From: Callorhinchus milii
Taxonomy: Eukaryota
NCBI RefSeq assembly: GCF_018977255.1
Contig: NW_024704742.1
Coordinates: 49,478,001-49,542,000, forward strand
Direction of reading: 5' to 3'
Length of the DNA stretch: 64,000 nt
This document shows positions 27,090 to 38,486 of this stretch, piece after piece. Position numbers and translations under genes: made by a program. Below the pieces are notes generated by a model that did not search any database, was not told where the DNA came from, and saw nothing but the letters and a program-made list of their open reading frames with translations. Within the stretch, counting starts at the first letter, position 1. Every line of letters starts with the position of its first letter.

Positions 27090-27765
27090 GGAATTGGCTT
27101 TATGGTAAAAGACCCTTTAAACATTCAGAAAACATTTGACAGGGATCTCCATAAGAGATTCAAAACTGCTGTGAAGAAAAACTCCTGGAGTAAAGGAGGG
27201 ATGTATAAGTTGGATAATGACCGGCCTAGATAGTGGAAACTGAGGTATTTAGCAATGGTAATTATAGTTTTGGTTTGTGGAATCCCACAGGGATTAATGC
27301 CTGCACCCCTGCTATTCAAAGTTTCATAACAACCTCGATGAAGGAATTTGAAGCAGATTGACTAAGTTTACGGATGACACTGCTGTGTGGGAAAAGCAGG
27401 ATCTTCTCAGAAGTGGGATTATAGTTCAAAGGCATCAAAGGAGGCTTTGAAACTACATAGATAAATAACAGATGACATTTAAGATTGATAAATGTAAGGT
27501 GCTAAAAATAGGAACCTGATTGTTCACCAAATTGCTTACATACATAAGGTGAAGGAATAGAAGAGTTTGGGATGGTTATTTATCAAATGTTAAACTCTAC
27601 AATGCACTGCACTGGTTGCCACATCAAATAGTGTAGCTGTATAAGACAGATAAACTGTTTACAAAATGAGATAGTGGAAATCTGTAAATTCAAGGACACG
27701 ATGTTGACATTGCACAAAACATTGTTGAGAAAATATGAATATTGTGCCAATTTTGATCACCTGTT
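27090..27765 (+). mobile_element. Highly degraded CR1 RT fragment
   Basis: Remnants gaatcccacaggga (GxPQG), aagtttacggatgacact (KFxDDT) and gataaatgtaaggt (DKCKV). Confidence 0.7.
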
Positions 27766-29241
27766 AAATTGTTTCACTTCCTTGATTTAGATTTCTATAT
27801 TAATTCATCATATCTGATATGCGTTCTAAGGACCATGTGGCTTGGAGGCAATCGAAAGGTTTTAAGGGAAGAGAGAAATAATGGACTTGGGCCTCAGATT
27901 AAAATCAGGAAGGGAAACAATTGAATGGATGTGGAGACATTCGTATTTGCTTTTTTAAAAGATGGCAAGCACATTTTTTTAAAAAGATAAAGTACGGATT
28001 TAAACATACAGATTGTGAAGGATAGAGAACATTTATTAAAGAAAGATCAAATGGAGGGGTTATGAAGTGCTAGTCACTGCATCCTTGTAATAAGTCTTCC
28101 ACTTTGCTTAGGTCATTGGTCATTGCTCTCAACTTTTTGTTTGGGAGCATCTGGAAGAGTTAACACATTTAAATCTAAAAGATCTATCCTTTTGATAGTG
28201 AAGAATGCAGTGGGGCATGTATCTCAAGGCAGACTACCAAGCGCTCTGGGCCACTACACCGCATGAAGGTCGCTATATAAATGCAAGTTGTTGTTGTTGT
28301 TGACTATCCCCTATCTACTTTCCGCTGACTTTTCCAATAGTTAGATAAGGGATTCCTCTCATGTGGTGCCGTTTTCTTAAGTTCATTCAGCAATCCTACA
28401 ATAGCTAGACAAGCTGAGATCACTATCACCCGAACCTGAGGCGGGAGTTCTGCTCTCCTGGAGGAGCTAAAACGTACTTTCTCACACCAACTCAAACTGC
28501 TGAAGCACTGAAGTGCAGTTCAGCTGTACTTTTGTATATCATAGTTCCCCTGTTTCAGGCTGATCGGCACATATCGGCACTTTCTCACCCACCTGATTGT
28601 TTTAATCACGTTGGCCTTGGTCTGACCCAGATTAAACTGCCAGTCAATACGGCAGCAATTAACTCACAACGCAACAGACACAGCAAATGCACTTCGTTCT
28701 TAGCCATCTATATCTTCATAACACAATACACAACAGGTTGACAAATTCTGACACCATTTGATCTAGTATTATAGCAGCTATTCCATAACATCTATTATGC
28801 TTGGATAGAAGTTGTCCAATTCAGATCAATTTAATTAAAAGAACGTTTTATAATCACCGATTGCAGTTCTGCAAGTCATTTGAACACCTGCTAATGATTA
28901 TAAGGAACATTAATTTAATCAAAACAGTATTTTATGATCAAGATTGTAATTCTGCAGGTCAGCTCGACACTAACTTATAAGAATAAGCATAACCAATGAA
29001 ACTAAAATATTTTAATAATTCACTTCTGGTGTGATCAAATTTAATAATTCGCTTCTGATTACAACAGTTTTAACATTCTCCCCCATCCCATCGCTCTTTG
29101 GTCAGTTTCCCTATGAATAACAATACATTGAAATAATTTAAACAGTGAATGTTGGTAGATTTGACTACAGGAGCCATCACAGTCAAGTCTTTTATATCAC
29201 TACTGAATGTTAACACTTGTATACCTCCACTAGAGTTCAAT

Positions 29242-29558
29242 GGAGTCCTGTAGCTCAGTGGTTAGAGCACTTGCTTTGCAAGCGAGAGACCTGAGTTCAA
29301 TTCCAGGCAGAGGGCGAAACCTTGGGCAAGTTTCCTTACTCCACACAGAGCCTAATAATAATCCAATAAATAATAATAAATTGGTCATTTTCAATCTACG
29401 ACTGTTTGTGGGACGCTGCTGTGCACAATTGGCTGCCGCATTTCGCCCACAAATATACAGTCAATTCACTTTACAGTCTATTCTGTGAAGCGCTTTGAGA
29501 CATCTAGAAGACGTGAAAAGCGCTATATCAAATGCAAGGATTATTATTATTATTATTA
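29242..29558 (+). mobile_element. Full-length tRNA(Ala-like)-derived SINE (short subtype)
   Basis: ggagtcctgtagctcagtggttagagcacttgctttgcaagcgagagacctgagttcaattcc head with a TGC anticodon-like loop, and a (TTA)n tail. Confidence 0.93.
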
Positions 29559-31328
29559 TAATGGGCAGAAGTCAGCATCCTGGCTGATTTACCCTTCTCT
29601 AACTAAAGATGCTTAAGAGTCTAATTTTAACAATGGACTGTTGAAAAACAGCTTCCAAATTAAGACTAAATTTAGGAATATTTTCCAAAATTCCACACAA
29701 GAACAGGAGAAATTTCAAACCCTGGGATCAACCTTGGGATTTTCCTACTCTGCAATGGCTTACCTACTCATTGAATAAACTAGTTGAGCCATTGGAGCAG
29801 GATGTTTTGCTGTCTTTCTGGAGCAATTTATTAAACAAATTGATTTTGAAACCTTTACAAATAACCTTTACCACAAGGGCACAGAAAATTCACACTATCA
29901 TTAAGAGGTATATAAGATATCTTTATAATGTGCATCATGATACCTCCGTCTGCTCCTGAAGGTATAGTCAGGAAACAGATCAATGTTCTTTCTCCCAGTG
30001 GAGTCTGGAACACATTCCTTTCAGACACACTAATCATAATAGCAGAACGTGAAATCCCCAAATGTGCCCTTTCCAAATTCTGCAAAGCTGATTCATATAT
30101 TCAGATAGAATGCTGCACAAGAATTTGCAAAAGCTTTGTGGTTCGTTTGTCTTTTCAGCTTCCACGTTTGAAGTGTTTGTTGTTCAGGTCTTAAAACACA
30201 AGATCAACATCCATTAGCAACAAGCCGTGTCTGTGGACTACAAAAGTAGCATAGCAAATAAAAGCACAGCTGGTGTTGTGATTCCTTTATTTTAATCAAG
30301 TCTGGGTAGAAGTTTCTTTGCGGAAAATAATGTTTCAGTTTAACAAAATAAATGACTGATTATTTGGGTATTTCAAGAAAATCTATTGATTCATTGAACT
30401 TGCCAAATGATCAAGCCTCCTACTGAGCAGTGCTAGCTTAATAATTTAATCTCTTCATGTTTGATCCTGCTGTTAAAGGTTTGGTAAGATTCTTGCAATG
30501 TTATATCCATGAGGGGACTGAAATCAGAATTACCCTTGTCTGAGACTGTTCAGAAGATTGTAAACTAAATAATTGTTTGCCTTTTAAGGAAACCTCCATC
30601 CTCTCCACTGCAATATTCTCCCATTCTTGATGCTTCTTGACAGAGTCCCGTCTATCCTCCTTGTGGGGGAGATAAGTGGGGTCTCCTTGGAGCTGAACTG
30701 GCTCCAAGGTGACATGCCTGGCAATGGAATGTCGGATTCGAGCCAACCCTCTGTGGCATTCTTCATAGTCCAGTTCCTGAGCCAGGCAGATCCACAGTAT
30801 TCCAGGGCACTGCTGATGACAGCACAGACAGCCTGGAAAAACTGACAGTCACCCAGCACATAGGGTCCAAAGACTATTCGGATCACCTCTGGACTTGGCA
30901 TGCAAGACACAGGATGTAGCACAAGTCATGCACTGGATATAAATTATTCATGCAAGTCAGAGAATGATGCTATTACATTCAAAGCATTCTGAGGACAATG
31001 ACAGTGGTATTTAGTGTTAATACCGGTCTGCATTCATTACCACAGATGTAATTATTTCTGACAGGCAAGATTGAGAATAAAGGATGGATACTTTCATCTG
31101 GAAGAATATGGATTGCCTTGTATATATCATTTTTTTTCTGCTGCACAGTCCCTTTTTCTTAAATGTAATGCTGCTTTACATTAGGTTTCATTTAGATAGA
31201 AAATATTACTTAGTAAGGACCATGGATTAAAAAAAGTAAATAATTGTAGAATTTTCTATCACTGCTGTACTTTCCCAGGATATTCAACACTGTGAAAATG
31301 CTTAACAATAGTTTAAGACTTCAAATTC

Positions 31329-31565
31329 TATAATAATAATAATCCTCGCATTTGATATAACACCTTATCACGTCTTTGAGACGTCTCAAAGCGCTTCACA
31401 GAATATACTGTAAAGTGAATTGATTGTATATTCTGTAAGCGAAACTCGGCAGCCAATTGCGCACACCAGTGTCCCAAAACGGTTGTGGATTGAGTGACCA
31501 ATTTATTANTTTTTAAGAAATTATTACCCCCGGAAAAGCGATCCACCAATCGACAAACAACCATG
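31329..31565 (-). mobile_element. tRNA-derived SINE 3' half (long subtype)
   Basis: Tail and body; truncated where the L2 tail begins. Confidence 0.85.
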
Positions 31566-31566
31566 T

Positions 31567-31750
31567 ACAACAACAACAACAACAACAAGATTCCATTTAT
31601 AGAGAGCCTTTCACGTCGGGAGGACGTCCCAAGGCGCTGTACAGTTGGGTCAGGACCCGAGCAGGGGGGAAATGGTCAGGGTGAGGGGAGGGAAGGGAAG
31701 GAGCGAGGAGGGGGTAGAGAGTCGAGAAGGGAGCTGAAGGCATGGTCAAA
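31567..31750 (-). mobile_element. Young L2 3' end
   Basis: (CAA)n gattccatttatagagagcctttcacgtcgggaggacgtcccaagg; near-identical to the copies at 33620 and 39953. Confidence 0.9.
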
Positions 31751-32042
31751 CAGTATACTATATGGTATATAATACCTCCACATGTTTGGATTTCAGATTC
31801 CAATCTCTGTGTTTTTCGAATGTTTACACCAAATTTGAGAAGAACTGCTCCTTTGTATGTCTTGACTGCCATTCATTATGTAGCTTTAAAGTACTTCTGC
31901 TTGGAGGGGCAATGATTACTTGGTGTTTATTTGGTAACCGTAGACAAGTTTCCTTACTCCACACTGTGATAAACCCTTCTGAAAGAAAAATTTGGTCACT
32001 CAATCCATGACTGTTTGTGGGACACTGTTGTGCGCAATTGTA

Positions 32043-32086
32043 TGTGTGTGTGTGTGTGTGTACGTGTGTGCATGTGTGCACGTGTG
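32043..32086. repeat. (TG)n microsatellite
   Basis: Imperfect TG dinucleotide run following a SINE fragment. Confidence 0.9.
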
Positions 32087-32397
32087 ACTCTGTGGAGATT
32101 GGGAACAAACAGTGTTTTCTGCTTACTGCAACACCCCCACTGCCCCCACCCTACTCCCCATCACCCCACCTTGGACTTGTTAGCCTGCAAGTGATCACTG
32201 CCTAAGCTTATACATCAAGTGAGAATGTATTTATTGGATCCAAGAGAAAACATAAAATCTGAAAACAAAACTGCCGAAAAAAAAGTTGTATTTCAAAGAT
32301 AAGCAATCGCATTGTAGAGCAGCTGGGAATGGAAAGAAATTCACAAGGTTAATGCAAGCTATTAGTAGAACTGATATTGAATATGTTGTGGCAGCAG

Positions 32398-32975
32398 CAA
32401 CAACAATAACTTGCATTTATACAGCGCCCTTCATGCTGGGTAGTATCCCAGAGCACTTTATAGTGGCAGAGTCTGCCAATGAGCCAGGGGGAGAGGGAGG
32501 GGTGGGAGGTGACTATAATGATGATCAAAGAGGAAGGTCTTTAAATGGGATTTGAAGGTGGGGAGGGAAGGGACAAGGTGCAGGGATTGAGGGATAGAGT
32601 TCCAGAGTTTCAGAGTTTTAGAGTGTAGTAATTAAATGCATGGCCACCACTGGTGGAGCAGAGGAGAACGAGGGCCGAACAGAAGGTGGTGGTGGGGGAA
32701 AAGCAGGTCGGACAGGTAGGGTGGTCCATGGACATGAAGGGATTTGAAAATGAGTGAGGATCTTGAAATCGATCCATTCAGTAATTAGGAGCCAGTGGAG
32801 CCTGGCAAGGACTGGTGTGATGGGGGTATGGAGTTTCGTGCAAGTGAGTATCTTGGCAGTGGAGTTTTGAATTAATTGTATTTTGTGTACGGTGAAGCTG
32901 GGGAGACCAGCGAGGAGGGCATTGGAATAGACCAGCTGGGAAGTGACGTAGGCGTGGACGAGAGGTTCGGCTGTG
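32398..32975 (-). mobile_element. L2 LINE 3' portion
   Basis: EPLVHAYVTSQLVYSNALLAGLP..HKIQLIQN..HWLLITEWIDFKIL; tail at 32398. Confidence 0.88.
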
Positions 32976-34280
32976 TTGGTTAGCACTGGTAGCATAACCA
33001 TCCATGGATGCACACTCCACCTCACTAAGCCAATCTGCAACCTTGGTGTCTTGTTTGACCCTCAACTGTCCTTTCTATCCCACATCTGTGCCATCACCTG
33101 CCCTGCCTTCTCCCCCACCTCTCCAACATCGCCCAGCTACGCCACTAACTCACCTCTCAAACCACTGAAACTCTCGTTCATGCATTTATTACATCTAGGC
33201 CTAAGCTAACTCCTTGGTTGTCGGCCTCCCCAACTCTTCCCTCCACAAGCTGCAGATCATCCAGAACTCTGCAGCTTGTGTCCTCTCCTGCACCAGGCTC
33301 CGTGACCCTCACCCCCACCCTCACCCAACACCACTGGCTCCCCATCCCCCAGAGAATAGAATTTAAAATCCTTGTTCTTGCCTCAAAACCCTCCACGGCC
33401 TTGCCCCTCCCTACCTTTGTGCCTGATAATGCCATATCAACCTGTCTGCTCCCTCCACTTAGCAGGCTCTGGCATGCTCCACATGCCCCGCCCGCCCCCC
33501 CCCCCCCCCACCACCATTGGCGGTCAGGCCTTCAGCCTCTCTGCCCCCATTCTTTGGAACTCCATCCCACAATCTCTTTGCTTCACTCTCTCCCTTGGTC
33601 CCTTCAACGCACATCTCAACAACAACAACAACAACAACAAGATTCCATTTATAGAGCGCCTTTCACGTCAGGAGGACGTCCCAAGGCGCTGCACAGTTGG
33701 GTCATGACCCGAGCAGGGGGGAAATGGTCAGGGTGAGGGGAGGGAAGGGAGGGAGAGAGGAGGGGGGAAATGGTCAGGGTGAGGGGAGGGAAGGGAGGGA
33801 GCGAGGAGGAGGAAGAGAGTCGAGAGGGGAGCTGAAGGCACGGTCAAAGAGAAAGGTTTTGAGACCGGCCTTGAAGGAGGAAAGGGAGGAAGCAAGGCGA
33901 AGGCACTGGGGGATGGAGTTCCAGAGCCTGGGGGCTGAGAGGCTGAAGGCCCGACCACCGATAGTAGGGCGGTTGGGGCGGGGGACGTGGAGCAGACCGG
34001 AGCCAGAGGAACAGAGGGTACGGGCAGGTAGGTAGGGGGATAGTAGGTTGGAGAGGTAGGAGGGAGCAAGGCCGTGAATGGCCTTGTAGGTGAGGATGAG
34101 GATCTCAAGACACTACTTTTGGACCATGCATTCAGCCACCTACCTAGCCCTACCCTCCCTGCCCTCCACCCCCCCACAATCCCAACCCCCTGCTCGTGGC
34201 CAAATCCCTGACTATCCAACGCCTTTGGACATCCTTCCAATGTGAAAGGCGCTGCACAAATGTAATTTGTTGTTGTTGTT
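32976..34280 (+). mobile_element. L2 LINE 3' portion (host of a nested insertion)
   Basis: NLGVLFDPQLSF and HWLPIPQRIEFKIL; the host resumes after 34108 and ends in (TTG)n at ~34280. Confidence 0.88.
33620..34101 (-). mobile_element. Young 5'-truncated L2 insertion with a 7-bp TSD
   Basis: TSD atctcaa at 33613-33619 and 34102-34108; near-identical to the reverse complement of 39477-39953. Confidence 0.92.
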
Positions 34281-35449
34281 TGGGTAATAAAAATATTTCA
34301 AGAAGGCTATTATTGCAAACAACTCTGTGTGATGCAAAAGAGGGCTAGTACCTGTAGTTTATCTCCAGGCCATCATACCCGGTGATGTTGCACAGACAGA
34401 ATAATGAGAGACTGAGAAAGAAGCAAATAAGTGCTCAAAGGAGAATTCCAAGATAACACTCTTTGATGGTTTTATCCTTCAATTTCCTGACAGAAATAAT
34501 AGGCCTGTAAAAAAAATATGCATTTTTAACATTATCAAAGAATATGCCCTTGCACAGCTGACTTCTCAACCACAATCAAGAATCATAGGATGTTTACTGC
34601 ACAGAAAAAAGACATTCTGTGTCTCTTTTGATGCTAGCAATAATATGTGCCGGTGAATAAATTTACAAACAATTACAGTATAATGTTCCTCTCTCCAATC
34701 CCATGTGTTCATCCTACGCAATGTGCTTTCCATGTGAAACATCCTTTATTGGGTAAGGCAGGCTAGAAATTGGGCAATAGCACAAAATTACGATTCCATC
34801 TTCAACTGAAAGAATCTCTAAAACCCTCTACCCTGTCCTCTGGAAGATTCATCATTCATTCCAGTAATGCAAGTGGACATTGAACATTATGTTCTAGCCA
34901 ACATATTGTAATGTAATGTAAATCATTTTTAGGTGAATGGAAGGAGGCAAAGTGAACTTTTGCTGTAAATAGTTATTGTCTGCGGATTTTAATACCCTCC
35001 ATGGTCTTGCCCTATCCTACCTGTGCGACTGCTTAAACCATCCTACTTCTACTAGCCTCATACTGATTAAATTAAATCTTTGTAGTTGATGAAAACCATG
35101 CTGGGACTGGGGAACATTATCTCTAAATGGAGTCAACAAAACCTAACTTGGGTAATTGAGCAACAGCACAACATTAGGATTCCCTCTTCAATTCAAAGAA
35201 TCTCTAAACCTCTCCACTCTCTCCTCTGAAAGATTCCCTTCCTCTTTGACCATGTCATCGGTCATCTTTCCATCCCCAGCCACCTTGCCCCACACCCATC
35301 TTGAATCCAACTCTGAGCTCGGGTACAAACCCTGGTCTTGGGATGTCCGCGCTATTTGAAATACACTATATAAATAATAATAATCCTTGCATTTGATATA
35401 GCACTTTGTAATTTGCAATAAATGCAATTTGTTGTTTGTTGTTGTTGGA

Positions 35450-35640
35450 ACGAGCAAGTTTGTTGCCCAGTAATGGTGGTCGACTGTTTCGAATGTAGCG
35501 GAGAGGTCCAGGAGGATGAGGAGTAGAGGGTGTCCTGGTCACAGAGATTGAGGACATCGTTTGTTACCTTGACAAGCGCTGTCTCTGTGCTGTGGGCTGG
35601 GTGGAAATCAGACTGGAGGGTTTGAGTCGGGAGTGGAGGG
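35450..35640 (-). mobile_element. L2 RT fragment
   Basis: LQSDFHPAHSTETALVKVTNDVL motif. Confidence 0.8.
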
Positions 35641-36924
35641 CGAGGTGTGAGCGAAGTTAGTTTGCCATGATATGATAGGGTGATGCTTCGAAATGCTCTT
35701 TTCCTGTGAGCCCTGAGGCTGTAAGCCCATACTTTCTGTATAGACTGATTTTTATCAGAAAGGAGGGCTACAACAACACAGAAATAACACTCATGTTTCT
35801 GTTTTCTTGTCATTTTTGGGGATGAGTCTCTCCTGTCACTGCAAGCTCTGAGCTATATGTATAGTGTGGAGAAAAACTTACATTGCGCTCTTATCACTCT
35901 GTCCGGGAAAATATGTTCCTCCCAGCTCCCGGCATCATACTCCTAATTATTTCTGGTGTTCGCTCTACAACACTCCAGCCCCAGTGAAGGGTGTTATGTA
36001 ATTGCAAGTTGTTTTTGTGGTTGTTGTGTTAGCCCAATCCCAAAGCCTTTCTCCTTTCTAAAAACTGAGAGTCGAGAGGGGAGGTGAAGGCACGGTTGAA
36101 GAGAAGCAACAATAACAAGAAGGAACAATAACTATTTACAGCAAAAGTTCACTTTGTCCATTTCAGTCAATGAGCTGATCAATTTACATTATATCTTTAC
36201 ATAAAAATGTAGAGCATTGAAATAGGCCATTCGTCCCAACTAATCCATGCTGGTGTTTATACTTCACATGATTCTCCACTCACTGTTTACTCCAGTGGGT
36301 GTAAATGGCCCGAGGTGCAGTCAAAGAGGAAGAATGTGGGACAGACCTTGAAGCAGGAAATGGAAGGGGCAAGGTGAAGGAATTTCAAGATGGAGTTACA
36401 GAGAGTGGGGTCAGAAAAACTGAAAGCCCAACTGCTGATGGTGCGGCAGGCCATTTGGGGATGTGAAGCATGCCAGTGTCTGCCGAGCGAAGGCAGCAGG
36501 TAGATTGGGAAGGTTTTAGAAGGTTACCGAGGTAAGGTTGTGCAAGACTGTGAATAATTATCACCAGTGATATTTAACACATCACACATATTGCAGTTCG
36601 TATCCATTATAGCTTGAACTCTTGCAAACAGAACAATCCAGCCCACAATCATTAAAGCCAAAACAGGGAATCTGAGATTAGTACTTTGTGCAGTTTGACA
36701 AGGATCAGTGAACAGTTTTGAACTAGTAATACATTTCATATACTAAAATAAATATAATTAATTTGGGAGAATTTGAATCGCAATTAGAATTAAATTTACT
36801 CAAGAGAATCAATTCACACTTTCGACTAATTGAGGATAAGGGGAGCTCAAATCAGGGTTTAAAGGAAGCACTGTTTTATATGGAACTATGTTTGTGTATG
36901 TATTTAATGCCACAATAATAGGGC

Positions 36925-37605
36925 TGTGGGTTCGATCCCCAGTTATCCTTCCTCCCCCACATCCTGTCCCTGACCAGGACCGCTTTCCTCCTCTGCCACA
37001 TTGCCCGACTCTGACAATACCTCACTCCACAAGCTGCTGAAACCTTTGTCCACACCTTCGTCATGTCTCGGCTGGACTACTCTAATGCTTTCCTCTCTGG
37101 TCTCTCCTCCTCCACTATTCACAAAATTCAACTCATCCAAAACTCCGTCGCCCGCATTCTCACCCGCACCAAACTTCGTACCCAGATTACTCCAGTCCTT
37201 ACCAAACTCCACTGGCTCCCTGTCATAGAGAGGATCAACTTCAAGATCCTCACGCTAGTGTTTAAATCCCTCCATTCCTTGCCCTCCTCTATCTCTCTAA
37301 CCTCCTCGCTCCCCACAGCACTACTTGCTGCTACCACTCTACTGGCTCCAGCCTCCTCCTTATCCCTCAAAATCCTCTGCTCCAACATCGGTGGCTGCTT
37401 CCCCCCAAAGCTATTGAACTCTTTCCTTCAATCTCTTCGCTTTGCTCACTCTTTCCCCATTTTCAGGTTGCGTCTGAAGGCCTTCCTCTTCAACTGTGCC
37501 TCTGGTCACCTTACCTCTCCCCCTGGCTCGGCATCGGCCTCCACCACTGTTAAGCACACTGGGATACTGCCCAGTGAGGAGGGAGCTATATAAATGTGTT
37601 GTTGT
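36925..37605 (+). mobile_element. L2 LINE 3' portion
   Basis: SRLDYSNAFLSGL...HKIQLIQNSVARILT...LHWLPVIERINFKIL. Confidence 0.9.
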
Positions 37606-38486
37606 CGTCTTTAAACTCCACTTGAACCTTGATTTAACATCTCATCTGAAGGTGGTGTCAGCATAACCTATATGAATTCTAAGTCCTGATGTGTAGCTTG
37701 AACCCACAACCTTCAGTTTCAGAAGCGACAGCACTACCAACTGTTAATACACATTATATCCTGTGAAGGGTTTTGAGATATTCCCCTGACATGAAAGGCA
37801 CTATATCAAATACCAGGATTATTATTATCATTATTATTCTGTTTATTGTTTATTCCCTTTATTTGTTGTTGTGATCCAATAGAAGGTAAAATGGAGGACG
37901 AAGAGCGGAAAGCTCAGAAAATATCTAGTAATTATGTGATCAGAGCAAGTTCAGATCAGATAGCTTTCCAACTGTGATTAGAAACAAAGTGGAGGATGTG
38001 TGCATCAGGGTGAGAGGAAGCCTGAAGAGATAATTGTGTATTGTATTCAGAGTTAGTATTTGTAGCAGGCTTGTGGAAAGGGTAGGCAAAAAGATAACAA
38101 GTGAAAACATAGCAATTAGAAATGATTAGACTATAAGGATTGCTTATAAAAGAGCCAGGTGGGCAGACATGATAGGCCAAATAGCTTTCTTCTATGCTGT
38201 AATTTCTGTGGTTTTATGGTTCTATGAGTCAATCAGATATATATTGCAGGCCATTTCTTACTCAAGGGAAGCACACTCTGAACATAAACTGAGTTGGAGT
38301 GGTGTTCCTGCAGTTGAGAGTGGTGGAGGTCCATTTCTGGAAAGAAAAAGGTGCAGAAATGTTTCCCAATTAAGAAATCTGTCAAGAAACAGTGCAAAAT
38401 TGATTGTGAAGCTTGGTAATTTTGCTCAAACTTGAGTTCTATTAATATTAAGTTATGTTTCAGGTCGATAACATTTTGTCAGTACT

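Noticed and set aside
29242..29315. tRNA-Ala-like sequences (also near 2170, 11590, 15120, 20363, 55914 and 57019)
   Set aside because: They are SINE heads: each runs into the SINE body, lacks a proper acceptor stem and T-run terminator, and the anticodon loop varies among copies.
20565..31509. Two single N bases
   Set aside because: Both lie in the same A/T run of SINE copies and reflect sequencing or assembly ambiguity.
33617..33640. PolyQ/polyN tracts in several ORFs
   Set aside because: They are translations of the (CAA)n L2 tails.
36524..36739. ORF with a transmembrane-like stretch (FPVLALMIVGWIVLFARV)
   Set aside because: Weak splice signals, no recognisable homology, and it runs into an L2 fragment.
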